Source of the DNA: a virus
Virus record (IMG/VR): IMGVR_UViG_3300037502_002729
Location: 1 to 64,000 of that record
Length of the DNA stretch: 64,000 nt
Direction: 5' to 3' (one strand)
Position 1 is the first letter of the stretch. Each line of letters begins with the position of its first letter. The translations under genes and the position numbers were made by a program. Shown here piece by piece: positions 48,398-58,309 of this stretch. The notes under the pieces are model-generated. The model was not told the origin of the DNA and did no database searches. It saw only the letters and a list, made by a program, of their open reading frames with translations.

Positions 48398-49258
48398 ATG
48401 TTAGTAGCACATATGCCAATTCCAAAATCAAATCTTATTGATTCTATATTTTCTTTATTGAAAAAAAATAATGGGAAATTTAAATCAGAGAAACAATCTA
48501 ATTTTTTAATAACTCAATTAAAAATGCATAATGGGTTTTTAGGTTATGTTAATAATGGCAAAATAAAAAATCCTATATTTGTTGAATATGATAAATATGG
48601 TATTACAAAACTATTAAAGAAATTAACTGGTTCAAATATGATTGAAATTATTTTTGAGAGGAATGCACAAAGTGAATTACATCCTAAAGATGTTATAATG
48701 CTAAAAAAAATTGAATCAATTTTGATTGAGCAACAACCAAAAGAAACTATTACAAATAAAAAACAATATAGGTTATCAACATATGAACTTGCAAAAAATG
48801 TATATAGTTTAGCAAAAAACAATAATGGACTTTTTAAGTCAGAGGCACAAGGAAATTTCTTGATTGAACAACTAAATTTATCTGATGGATATTTGGGTCA
48901 AACAAATGGGATTAAGTATAAAAACCCAATTTTTGCAGAATACAATAAGGAGGGTATTACAAAGATATATAAACAAATGGCTGCTTCAACTAAGGTTGAA
49001 ATAATTTTTGAGAGAAAAGTTGAAGGTGAGTTGACATCTCTTGAGGTTAAAGCCCTAGCTTCTTATAAAAGGAAATTGAAAAAACTTGAAAAGGAATTGA
49101 AGGAAAGAATGACATCTTTTTTGACTGGGGATTTCAATAGTAGTGGGGATCCTTCAACATATACAGAAGATATCATTGAAATGTATAATAGGGATAATGA
49201 TGTGAAAATAAAAGCCATTGAACATATTAAAAGTGAGATTGCCAAACTTGAAAAATAG
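48398..49258 (+). CDS. hypothetical protein with tandem-duplicated domain
   Basis: NNGxFKSExQxNFLIxQL...KNPIFxEY...EIIFER occurs twice; TATATTTG box at 48368. Confidence 0.65.
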   Translation: MLVAHMPIPKSNLIDSIFSLLKKNNGKFKSEKQSNFLITQLKMHNGFLGYVNNGKIKNPIFVEYDKYGITKLLKKLTGSNMIEIIFERNAQSELHPKDVIMLKKIESILIEQQPKETITNKKQYRLSTYELAKNVYSLAKNNNGLFKSEAQGNFLIEQLNLSDGYLGQTNGIKYKNPIFAEYNKEGITKIYKQMAASTKVEIIFERKVEGELTSLEVKALASYKRKLKKLEKELKERMTSFLTGDFNSSGDPSTYTEDIIEMYNRDNDVKIKAIEHIKSEIAKLEK

Positions 49259-49294
49259 TTTGGTTGTATATTTATAATTGAAATTAACTATGCA

Positions 49295-49699
49295 ATGGAA
49301 AAAGAAAAACTAAAAAAAATATTTGAATTCATTGAAGAGAAGGAAGGGCATAAATTTCCAATTATATGGAAATTAATTAATAATATCCCATTTACAAAAG
49401 AAGAATTAAATATTGAAGGTGATTTGGATTTATCATACACTACTAAAATAACCTCTTTACCCCAAGGCTTGAGAATTGAAGGTGATTTTTATATTGATTA
49501 TTCATATGTTGAACTACCAAAAGGATTAGAAGTTGGTGGTGATGTGTATGTAACAGGCACATACTTGGAGGATTACACAAAGGAACAGGTAATGACAATG
49601 ATTTATCCTGGTTTTATAAAAGGTGATTTAATTTATAATATGGGTGATTCTTATGAGAATGATGGGGATGAGGATGAAAATGATGATGGGTTTCTATAA
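49295..49699 (+). CDS. 20-aa leucine-rich-repeat protein (2 repeats, acidic tail)
   Basis: MEKEKLKKIFEFIEEK cap, PGFIKG cap. Confidence 0.8.
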   Translation: MEKEKLKKIFEFIEEKEGHKFPIIWKLINNIPFTKEELNIEGDLDLSYTTKITSLPQGLRIEGDFYIDYSYVELPKGLEVGGDVYVTGTYLEDYTKEQVMTMIYPGFIKGDLIYNMGDSYENDGDEDENDDGFL

Positions 49700-49711
49700 A
49701 TTAAAAATACA

Positions 49712-50089
49712 ATGAAAAAAGAACAATTAAAAAGAATATTTGAATTCATTGAAGAGAAGGAAGGGCATAATGTACCATTTTTATGGAAATTTAAAAATAA
49801 TATACCATTAACAGAAAAAGATTTGAATGTTAATGGTGATTTGAATTTATCTGATTCAAAAATAAAATCATTACCAGAAGGTTTAAAAGTTGGTGGTGAT
49901 TTGTATTTAGATGGTTCATATGTGGAATCATTACCAAAAGGATTAGAGGTTTATGGAGATTTATATATAGCAGATACAGTCTTAGCCTCTAAATCTAATG
50001 ATGATTTAATAGTAATGATAAAACCTGGATTTATAAAAGGAGAAATAATAAATAATGAAGAAGAATATGATGAAGGATATGATGATTGA
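49712..50089 (+). CDS. 20-aa leucine-rich-repeat protein (2 repeats, acidic tail)
   Basis: Same family. Confidence 0.8.
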   Translation: MKKEQLKRIFEFIEEKEGHNVPFLWKFKNNIPLTEKDLNVNGDLNLSDSKIKSLPEGLKVGGDLYLDGSYVESLPKGLEVYGDLYIADTVLASKSNDDLIVMIKPGFIKGEIINNEEEYDEGYDD

Positions 50090-50106
50090 TTTAAATTAAA
50101 AATAAA

Positions 50107-50517
50107 ATGGAAAAAGAACAATTAAAAAGAATATTTGAATTCCTTGAAGAGAAGGATAACAAGAGAGTACCCCTAACATGGAAATTAATCAATGATTTTG
50201 ATTCAATAGATGATAAAGATTTATTTTATGATGATAATTTTGATTTATATGGTGCAAGAGTAAAAAGATTACCAGACAATTTTACTGTTAAAGGATATCT
50301 TGATTTAAGATTGACAAAAATAAAAACTCTCCCAGATAATTTAACTGTTGATGGTGATTTATACCTAACGGCTTTAGAAATAGATTCAGTTCCAAAAAAT
50401 CTAAAAGCACACTCAATGTTTGCAAAATACACAACTCTATCTGAAAAATATTCATACAAAGAAATTAAGGATATGATAAAAGAAAAGGGTGGTGAAGTTA
50501 AGTTTTTAACAATTTAA
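50107..50517 (+). CDS. 20-aa leucine-rich-repeat protein (3 LPDN-type repeats)
   Basis: Same N-cap, divergent repeats and C-cap. Confidence 0.75.
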   Translation: MEKEQLKRIFEFLEEKDNKRVPLTWKLINDFDSIDDKDLFYDDNFDLYGARVKRLPDNFTVKGYLDLRLTKIKTLPDNLTVDGDLYLTALEIDSVPKNLKAHSMFAKYTTLSEKYSYKEIKDMIKEKGGEVKFLTI

Positions 50518-50542
50518 TTACCTATATTTATAGAAAAAAAAT

Positions 50543-51355
50543 ATGAACAAAGAATTATTAAAAGAAGTGTTATCAATTCCATCATATAGTGGCAGGGAAC
50601 TAAAATTAGTTAATTACATATGTGAATTTCTAAAAAAGAATAATATACCATATGAGGTAGATGAGATGCTCAACATATATTGCACAAAGGGTGAAACAGA
50701 AACCTATCCTTGTGTTGTAGCACACACAGATACAGTCCACAACAACACTTATATAGATGTTAGAACTGAACTAAGGGAAAATTCAAAAGGTGTCTTAAAA
50801 GAGGCTTATAAGGGTTATAATAAGATTGGGCAACCAACTGGAGTTGGGGGTGATGATAAAGCTGGTGTTTTTGCCTGTTTGACTTTATTGACAGAATTAC
50901 CAGTTTTAAAGGCTGCTTTTTTTGTATCAGAAGAAATTGGGTGCATTGGTTCATTGGCAGCAGATCCAGAATTTTTCAAAAATGTTGGCTATGCCATACA
51001 GTTTGATGCTCCATTTGATTGGATGGTGACTGAAATTTCATCTGGTGTTCCTTTATTTAATAGGGATAGTGAGTTCTTCAATAAGATTAATAGTGTATTA
51101 GTAGAGAATATAGCCCCCAAGTATGGTTCACATCCTTATACAGATGTATATGCTTTAAAGAAGTTATTTGATTTTAGTTGTCTTAACATATCTATTGGGT
51201 ATTATGATTATCATACACCAGATGAGTATGTTGTTTTAGAAGATGTGGAGAATGGAATTAAAATAGGAAGGGAAATGATTGCAAGTTTAGGTTATAAAAA
51301 ATATGAAAAGAAACATATACCAGTTATAAGGCCTTTTTTAAGGGAAAAGGGATAA
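50543..51355 (+). CDS. M20/M28/M42-type metallopeptidase
   Basis: VAHTDTV, GGDDKAG, SEEIG, FD, YHT. Confidence 0.85.
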   Translation: MNKELLKEVLSIPSYSGRELKLVNYICEFLKKNNIPYEVDEMLNIYCTKGETETYPCVVAHTDTVHNNTYIDVRTELRENSKGVLKEAYKGYNKIGQPTGVGGDDKAGVFACLTLLTELPVLKAAFFVSEEIGCIGSLAADPEFFKNVGYAIQFDAPFDWMVTEISSGVPLFNRDSEFFNKINSVLVENIAPKYGSHPYTDVYALKKLFDFSCLNISIGYYDYHTPDEYVVLEDVENGIKIGREMIASLGYKKYEKKHIPVIRPFLREKG

Positions 51356-51360
51356 AAAGG

Positions 51361-51385
51361 AAGGGGGTCAATTGACCCCCTTTTT
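51361..51385. terminator. bidirectional terminator
   Basis: AAGGGGGTCAATTGACCCCCTTTT. Confidence 0.6.
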
Positions 51386-53380
51386 AATTATAACATTTTC
51401 ATCTTCAACAACCAAATTGTAAGGTTCATTTTCTTTAATGAAGCCATTTAAAACCTCATCAGATATTAAATCCTCAATCTTATCTTGGATTGCTCTCTTA
51501 ATTGGCCTTGCACCATAAGTTTCATCAAATCCAACTTTGCTAATTAAATCAATAATAGATGAATCAAAGGAAACAATGTAATTAGATTCTGTTAATCTTG
51601 TAATTAGTTTGTTAAGTTCAATTTCAGTTATCTTTTTAACATTCTCATCATTCAATGTATTGAATACAATGGTATCATCAATACGGTTCAAGAATTCAGG
51701 TGAAAAGAACTTTTTCAATTCTTTCATTAGCATTTCTTTTTTAGCAACTTCATTGCCATATTTGGATGATGTGAAACTAATTCCAGTTCCAAAGTCTTGG
51801 AATTTTTTAATACCCAAGTTTGTTGTTAAAATGATGATTGTATTTTTGAAATTAATAGTTTTACCTAAACTATCTGTTAGATGACCTTCATCCAATATCT
51901 GCAATAACAAATTAAAAACATCCTTGTGGGCTTTTTCAATCTCATCAAATAAGATAATTGAATATGGGTTATTCTTAACTTTTTCAGTTAGTTGACCACC
52001 TTCATCATGACCAACATAGCCTGGAGGTGAACCTATTAATCTTGATATGGTGTGTTTTTCTTGGTATTCACTCATATCAACCCTAATCAATGATTTCTCA
52101 TTTCCAAATAATTGTTTGGCTAATTGCTTTGCTAAATGTGTTTTACCAACTCCTGTGGATCCTAAGAATATGAAACTACCTACTGGTCTATTTGGGTCTT
52201 TAATGTTAAGCCTATTTCTTTTAATAGACCTTGTAATAGATTCAACAGCAGCATCTTGACCAATAAGGTTTTCTTTAATTTTCTTATCTAAATTTATTAA
52301 TTTTTGTTTTTCATCTATGTTCATTTGTTCTAGTGGAATATTTGTCATAATAGAAACCACAGAATAAACATCCTCAATATCAATCTTTCTCTTATTCTTT
52401 AAATTATTTTCTTCAAACTTTTTTGTTTCAGAATCAAGTTTTGTCAATAACTTCAATTCTTTATCTCTAATTTCAGCAGCCAATTCATATTCTTGGTTGA
52501 TAACAACTCTTGTTTTTTCTTTCTTCAAATCATTAATCTTTTCTTTTAATATTTGAATTGATTCTGGTATCTTGACATCAACTTGGAGTTTTGCACCAAC
52601 TTCATCAATAATATCAAAAGCCTTATCAGGGAATGCTCTATCATTAATATATCTATCAGCCATCTTAACACATAATTCTATAACATCATCACTATATGAT
52701 GCCTTATGGAAGGATTCATATTTGTCAATAGATTGTTTAACAATTTTTATTGTTTCACTTATTGAAGGTTGTTCAAGTTTGATTTTTTGAAATCTTCTTG
52801 CTAATGCACCATCTTTTTCTATTGATTTTTTGAATTCATCAAATGTGGTTGCACCAATACATTGAATTTCCCCAGATGCCAATGCTGGTTTAAATATGTT
52901 TGCACCATCCATAGCATTAGATGAATTACCAGATCCAATTAATGTGTGTATTTCATCAATGAATATAATAACATTTGGGTTTGCAATTAACTCATCAAGA
53001 ATTACCTTCATCCTTTCCTCAAACTGACCCCTATATTTGGTACCAGCAACAACAGATGTTAAATCTAAATTTACAATTCTTTTGTTTAGTAGATTTTGAG
53101 GTCCTTCACCTTTTGAAATCATTAAGGCAACGCCCTCAATCAAGTTTGTTTTACCACAACCAGCATCACCAAGAATTAATGGATTGTTTTTCTTGCGTCT
53201 TGATAAGACTTGAGCCAATCTCTTAACTTCTTTTTCCCTACCAATTGACATATCTAGTTTCCCCATTTCAGCCAATTTGGTTAAATCTCTACTAAAATTG
53301 TCCAATACTGGAGTTTTTGAACCAGAGGTGTTTTTCTTACCTCTTGTTGTTTTTTCATCATCAAAATAGTCAACATTCAT
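51368..53380 (-). CDS. clpC: ClpC-like AAA+ unfoldase lacking the N-terminal Clp-repeat domain
   Basis: Walker A GDAGCGKT and GSTGVGKT, FIDEIH, LFDEIEK, UVR-like middle domain YELAAEIRD, GISF loop. Confidence 0.9.
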   Translation of the reverse strand: MNVDYFDDEKTTRGKKNTSGSKTPVLDNFSRDLTKLAEMGKLDMSIGREKEVKRLAQVLSRRKKNNPLILGDAGCGKTNLIEGVALMISKGEGPQNLLNKRIVNLDLTSVVAGTKYRGQFEERMKVILDELIANPNVIIFIDEIHTLIGSGNSSNAMDGANIFKPALASGEIQCIGATTFDEFKKSIEKDGALARRFQKIKLEQPSISETIKIVKQSIDKYESFHKASYSDDVIELCVKMADRYINDRAFPDKAFDIIDEVGAKLQVDVKIPESIQILKEKINDLKKEKTRVVINQEYELAAEIRDKELKLLTKLDSETKKFEENNLKNKRKIDIEDVYSVVSIMTNIPLEQMNIDEKQKLINLDKKIKENLIGQDAAVESITRSIKRNRLNIKDPNRPVGSFIFLGSTGVGKTHLAKQLAKQLFGNEKSLIRVDMSEYQEKHTISRLIGSPPGYVGHDEGGQLTEKVKNNPYSIILFDEIEKAHKDVFNLLLQILDEGHLTDSLGKTINFKNTIIILTTNLGIKKFQDFGTGISFTSSKYGNEVAKKEMLMKELKKFFSPEFLNRIDDTIVFNTLNDENVKKITEIELNKLITRLTESNYIVSFDSSIIDLISKVGFDETYGARPIKRAIQDKIEDLISDEVLNGFIKENEPYNLVVEDENVIIKKGVN

Positions 53381-53434
53381 ATCTTATGTTTTTTTTATAA
53401 ATATCATACAAATTTTGGACTAATCCAATAGTTT

Positions 53435-53537
53435 TGACAAATTGTCAGGAAAATAATATATTATATGACATTTTGGCATATAATGACACCTATAACTGAC
53501 GTTTTGTCATATAAAAATAATTTGGCATTAAATTTGA
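53435..53537 (+). promoter_or_regulatory. three TGACA-N3-TG(T/G)CA boxes plus sigma54-like promoter upstream of hsp20
   Basis: Boxes at 53435, 53466 and 53497; TGGCAT-N5-TTGA at 53523-53537. Confidence 0.6.
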
Positions 53538-53579
53538 CTTCCTCATAAAAAAAATAAACAATTATAAAAAAACAAAATT

Positions 53580-54011
53580 ATGAAAAACAAAGATTATTTA
53601 GCAGAGTTATTATTTGGATCATTTAGTCCATTTATTATTTCATCAAACTCACCTTACAACCCTTTTAGTTCATTAGACCAAAACATTTCATCACAATCAA
53701 CCCAAAGTCATAGTATTTTTGGTGATGAGTATGATATTGAAACAACAAAAGATGGGGCATATGTTTCCTTTGAAGTTCCAGGTTATACAAAAGACAATTT
53801 AGAAATTGTTTTAGAAAACAAGGAAATAAATATAATTGGAAAAAGGACATATAACAAGAAGGGGGATACCAAAACAATAAAACACAGGTTTAAGTTGGGT
53901 AATTACCAAATTAATGAGGCTAACATTGAGGCAACAGTTTCAAATGGAATTTTAACATTATTTTTACCAAATTATGTTGAAACAGGTAAAAAAACAATAT
54001 CCATTTCATAA
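53580..54011 (+). CDS. Hsp20/alpha-crystallin small heat shock protein
   Basis: EVPGYTKDNLEI, IEATVSNGILTLFLP. Confidence 0.88.
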   Translation: MKNKDYLAELLFGSFSPFIISSNSPYNPFSSLDQNISSQSTQSHSIFGDEYDIETTKDGAYVSFEVPGYTKDNLEIVLENKEINIIGKRTYNKKGDTKTIKHRFKLGNYQINEANIEATVSNGILTLFLPNYVETGKKTISIS

Positions 54012-54038
54012 ATGCTATATATTTATATTAAAAAAAAT

Positions 54039-54503
54039 ATGAAAAATTTCATTCCCCTACTTATACTATTCTTAATGTTCTCATGTGAGAAGGATGTAAT
54101 TACATTACAACAAGTTGTGTTAAATAAAAAAATAAATGCTGTTGAGTTGTCAATTGATTCTACAATAAAATATTCTAGTCTAAATGAAGATTGGTTTTCA
54201 ATTGCCTCAAATGCAACTCATAGAATTTCAACTAAATTTTATCATAATGATAGTTTGGGCAATATAACAAACTTAACATCTATGATTATAGATAGTAATT
54301 ATGTTGTTAAATATCAGTTAGATTCTTTATCAAAAAGCAAGATTACTATTTTGGATAAGAATAAAGAGGGGAATGATTTAGGTTTACTTTTTAATATAAA
54401 GACAACAACACCTGAATTTGGTTTTGTGTATGTTAAAGTCTATAACAAAAATTGTGATTCTATTTTCCATTACAAATATCCTTTTATTGTTTCTACACCT
54501 TAA
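54039..54503 (+). CDS. putative lipoprotein
   Basis: MKNFIPLLILFLMFSC lipobox followed by EKD. Confidence 0.7.
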   Translation: MKNFIPLLILFLMFSCEKDVITLQQVVLNKKINAVELSIDSTIKYSSLNEDWFSIASNATHRISTKFYHNDSLGNITNLTSMIIDSNYVVKYQLDSLSKSKITILDKNKEGNDLGLLFNIKTTTPEFGFVYVKVYNKNCDSIFHYKYPFIVSTP

Positions 54504-54524
54504 ATTAGACTAATTATTTTTACT

Positions 54525-54565
54525 AAGTCTCCAAAATATTTTATATATTTTTGGAGGCTTTTTTT
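54525..54565 (+). terminator. intrinsic terminator
   Basis: AAGTCTCCAAAA...TTTTGGAGGCTTTTTT. Confidence 0.6.
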
Positions 54566-54592
54566 ATTTTATATATTTATATAAAAAAAACT

Positions 54593-54835
54593 ATGGCAAT
54601 CACAAAAGAAATTATAAGTGGCACAAAAATCATTAATGAAATAAAATCTAGTAATGTCAAAAAGACTGAATACAATTTAGAAACAAAGAAATTGCTAGTA
54701 GAATTCAATAATGGAATTAAATATGAATATGATGATGTCCCACACAAAATATACACACAATTTAGAATGGCAGAATCCCAAGGCAAATTCTTTAGTTCAA
54801 ATATTGCAAAAAGTTATAAATACACAAAGAAATAA
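54593..54835 (+). CDS. KTSC domain protein
   Basis: SSNV, EY, LLVEF, YEYDDVP, AESQGKFF. Confidence 0.88.
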   Translation: MAITKEIISGTKIINEIKSSNVKKTEYNLETKKLLVEFNNGIKYEYDDVPHKIYTQFRMAESQGKFFSSNIAKSYKYTKK

Positions 54836-54837
54836 GA

Positions 54838-55581
54838 ATGGAAAATAATATATTAAAAAGTTTTGTTGTTAAAGATACATTGAATCCAAAAGTTTGGGAT
54901 CATCCCAATGATATAAAAAAGGCAAAAATAAAACCAGAAATCAAAAAAGGTTTATTGGATATTGCAAATGAATTTATTGAATTTTTGGATGAGGATGTTT
55001 TTGTTGAAGATATAATATTAACTGGTTCCCTATCCAATTATAATTGGTCAGAATATTCTGATTTTGATTTGCATATAATTATTGATTTGAATCAATTTGA
55101 GGATGAAGGTGAGATTTATTTAAAATTATTTTCAGCAAAGAAATTAATTTTTAATGATAAACATAATTTAACAATCAAAGGTTATGATGTGGAAGTTTAT
55201 CCTCAAGATGAAAAAGAAGAACACACAGCAGAAGGTCAATACTCATTAATGAATGAGGAATGGTTGGTTGTGCCAAAAAAAGAAAAGCCCCCAGTTAATA
55301 AAACAAAATTAAAATTAAAAATAAACCATTGGGTTGAATTTGTTAAGAAGACATTAAAAGATGCAGATGAGGCATCATTAAAAGTTTCAAAAACAAAAAT
55401 AAAAAAATTAACAGATAAATTAAGAAAGTTTAGGAAAGGTGGTTTGGAGAAGGGAGGGGAATTCTCAAATGAAAATTTAGTTTATAAATATTTAAGAAGA
55501 AGTGGCCTATTAGATAAGGTGTTTAATTATCAATATAAGAAAAGAACAAAGGAACTATCTATTGAGAATGAAATTTATTAA
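54838..55581 (+). CDS. Pol-beta superfamily nucleotidyltransferase
   Basis: LTGS...SDFDLH and DVEVY. Confidence 0.7.
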   Translation: MENNILKSFVVKDTLNPKVWDHPNDIKKAKIKPEIKKGLLDIANEFIEFLDEDVFVEDIILTGSLSNYNWSEYSDFDLHIIIDLNQFEDEGEIYLKLFSAKKLIFNDKHNLTIKGYDVEVYPQDEKEEHTAEGQYSLMNEEWLVVPKKEKPPVNKTKLKLKINHWVEFVKKTLKDADEASLKVSKTKIKKLTDKLRKFRKGGLEKGGEFSNENLVYKYLRRSGLLDKVFNYQYKKRTKELSIENEIY

Positions 55582-55644
55582 ATTTTATTTTTTGCATATT
55601 AATATTTGACATTATAGATATATTTATATATAAATAAAAATAAA

Positions 55645-55839
55645 ATGGCAGTAGTTAGTGCAAATACTTTTTATGAATACACCAAAGGTATGTTGGGTTT
55701 TTTTGATGGAAGTCCTATAACTGGGACAACACAAGTACCACATCCACAAGCAGTTGTTATAAATACAACAGGTGGGACTGATACAGTTATTGAATTGTCA
55801 GCAGTTGCATTAGGTGGAATAAATGGCTTAAATAATTAA
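55645..55839 (+). CDS. hypothetical protein
   Basis: 64 aa; TATTTATA at 55621. Confidence 0.6.
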   Translation: MAVVSANTFYEYTKGMLGFFDGSPITGTTQVPHPQAVVINTTGGTDTVIELSAVALGGINGLNN

Positions 55840-55852
55840 AAAAATATAAAAA

Positions 55853-57151
55853 ATGAGTAGATTAAAACCAATAGGTAGTGAAAAACTACAAGGTGATGCA
55901 AAGTTAAATAGAATGTTAGAGATTGCTATGTACAAGGAAGTTGATAAAGAAAATATCAATGAAACTAGTTCAAAAGAATATGACATTCAATTGATGGATG
56001 GTAATATATATGCAGTTGTCAAGGAAAAATTGGGCTATATAATTAAAAAAGGCATAAATGAATCTTCATTAGATTATATTGACCCAATTAGGAATAGAAA
56101 ATATTATAGATCATATTCTCAAGCATTTAAAAAATTAAATTTAATAACAAAAGAACTAAATGAGTTATATGATAACCCAAATGGTATATCATTGTTTGGT
56201 GAGCAAAAGAAATTTACATTAAAAACGCCAAAACCAGCTCAACCAGATAATGAAATGGGTGATATGCCTGCACCACCACCAGAACCACCTGCTGTGCCAA
56301 GTCCAGAATTACCCCCATCCCCATTGGAAGGTGGTGAAGGTCAAATGCCACCACCTGCTGAACCAGGTATGGAAGGTGAAATGCCAGATATGGAAGGTAT
56401 GGATGATGAAATGCCAGATATGGAAGGTATAGATGGTGATATGCCAGATATGGAAGATGAACCAATAGATTCAAAACAAGACAAGGGTGATGAGGAAGTT
56501 ACATTTAAAACAATCCAAAAACTAACAGGAAGATTAACACAAAAGATTAGAACTTTGGAAAATGAGGAAGGTTTAACATCTGAAGAAGTTAAGTATGTTA
56601 TTAATATGGTTATATCCTCATTAAATATTGACATTCTTGATGAAGAAGATATTGATGATATTATTTCAAAATTTGAAGGAGGTGGAGAAGAAGGTGATAT
56701 GGATAATGAATTACCTGATATGGAAGGGATAGATGACACAGAGGGAATGCCTGATATTGAGGGTATGGATGATATGGGTGGTGAAATGCCAGATATGGAA
56801 GGTATGCCTGATATGGAAGGAATGCCACAACAAGGGGGTGAAGAATATACACCAAAAAAGAGGTATAGTGAGTCTAAGATTGATAATATTATTTCAAAAT
56901 ATTTTGAATTAAGCCCTCAAGAAAAATTAATATCTGAACAAAAGAAAAGAAAATTAGAAAAATCATTAAATGAAAATTTAAAATCAATTAAAATTTTATC
57001 TGAAACAGAAAAACAATATTCTGCTGCAAATAATTTCTTAAATAAGTTTAAAAGATTTGAAGTTATAGGTAAGACTAACTTGGGTAATATTATGTTGAAA
57101 CTAAATGAAAACACTATAAAAATAACAAAAAAAGGACAAATCATAAAATGA
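55853..57151 (+). CDS. acidic Pro/Met-rich protein, possibly head-associated
   Basis: MPDMEG repeats; late operon upstream of terminase. Confidence 0.55.
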   Translation: MSRLKPIGSEKLQGDAKLNRMLEIAMYKEVDKENINETSSKEYDIQLMDGNIYAVVKEKLGYIIKKGINESSLDYIDPIRNRKYYRSYSQAFKKLNLITKELNELYDNPNGISLFGEQKKFTLKTPKPAQPDNEMGDMPAPPPEPPAVPSPELPPSPLEGGEGQMPPPAEPGMEGEMPDMEGMDDEMPDMEGIDGDMPDMEDEPIDSKQDKGDEEVTFKTIQKLTGRLTQKIRTLENEEGLTSEEVKYVINMVISSLNIDILDEEDIDDIISKFEGGGEEGDMDNELPDMEGIDDTEGMPDIEGMDDMGGEMPDMEGMPDMEGMPQQGGEEYTPKKRYSESKIDNIISKYFELSPQEKLISEQKKRKLEKSLNENLKSIKILSETEKQYSAANNFLNKFKRFEVIGKTNLGNIMLKLNENTIKITKKGQIIK

Positions 57152-57540
57152 ATAGATTAGTTTTTATAAATTCTCTTGGTGTTAATTATAAAGGTGATTT
57201 TTTGTATGAATTTATCTTTTCATCTTCTGATTCAGTTTGGGGTGAAAACTGGGAGGCAAAACCATCAAATGGTTATCCAAAACCACCAGAATTAAAATAT
57301 ATTAAAAAAGTTGGACAATTATTATCAGAAGATGTATCATTGTATTTGATACAGAACTCTGATTATTTTTCTATGATTGATTCTGTTGATGGTGTTATAG
57401 CATTAGGATGGGAAGTTAATGAAGATGTCAAAAATAGATTGGTATTTAAGTTTGGGGAAACTGAACAAGAAATAAAAAATAAACTCTATGAAAGAGATTT
57501 AGTTTTGGAATTTGAAAAAACCATAGTATATGAAAATTAA
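57148..57540 (+). CDS. hypothetical protein
   Basis: 130 aa, translationally coupled. Confidence 0.65.
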   Translation: MNRLVFINSLGVNYKGDFLYEFIFSSSDSVWGENWEAKPSNGYPKPPELKYIKKVGQLLSEDVSLYLIQNSDYFSMIDSVDGVIALGWEVNEDVKNRLVFKFGETEQEIKNKLYERDLVLEFEKTIVYEN

Positions 57541-58309
57541 TAAAAAAGTATTAACCTTATTGGAGGAGGGTTTTTCTATAAACACTTTAAAAGGTATGAG
57601 TGATAATAATATAAATTATTTATACTCAAAGTTGTTAGGTGAGCAATCAACCACAACAAAAGGAAGCATCTCAACTAAAAATGAACCAAAGGCTATGCAA
57701 TTAGCAGCCAAAGGTTATAATGTTAGATTAGAGAAAAGAGAAATGGGTGAGGCTAAAAAGTCTAAAGCCAATCCTTGGGCTATTTGCACAGCACAATTAA
57801 AGAAAGAATTTGGCACATCTGAAAGAAGTGAGTGGACAAAAGCACAAAAAAACAAATATGAAAGATGTGTTATGGATGTTAAGGGTAATTCAAAAAAAGA
57901 TATGAAGGAATCAAATATGATTGATTCTTTTATTGAAGACCAAATGAATAAAATGGTTGAATCAAAATTAAGACCACAAGTTACAAAGAGAGGTTTGTTA
58001 AATCATTTAAAAGAACAAGCCCCTGACACAAAGCCAGTTGTAAAACCAGCTAATCCAAAAATAAAACCATCAAGGAGAGATAACCCATTCCAAAACCCAC
58101 GCCCAGGTGTAAAAACTGTTCCAAAAGCAGATACTACAACAAAGCCAGTTGTAAAACCAGCTGATCCAAAAATAAAACCATCAAGGAGAGATAACCCATT
58201 TCAAAACCCACGCCCAGGTGTAAAAACTGTCCCAAAGGCAATATCACCAGATAAAGCAAAAAATGCTATTATTGATAACATCATGCAATTAATAAATTTT
58301 GAAGGATAA
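57530..58309 (+). CDS. hypothetical protein with 37-aa duplication
   Basis: NPWAICT motif; KPVVKPAxPKIKPSRRDNPFQNPRPGVKTVPKA occurs twice. Confidence 0.65.
   Translation: MKINKKVLTLLEEGFSINTLKGMSDNNINYLYSKLLGEQSTTTKGSISTKNEPKAMQLAAKGYNVRLEKREMGEAKKSKANPWAICTAQLKKEFGTSERSEWTKAQKNKYERCVMDVKGNSKKDMKESNMIDSFIEDQMNKMVESKLRPQVTKRGLLNHLKEQAPDTKPVVKPANPKIKPSRRDNPFQNPRPGVKTVPKADTTTKPVVKPADPKIKPSRRDNPFQNPRPGVKTVPKAISPDKAKNAIIDNIMQLINFEG
58028..58240. repeat. 111-bp tandem duplication
   Basis: Near-identical units starting at 58028 and 58139. Confidence 0.85.
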
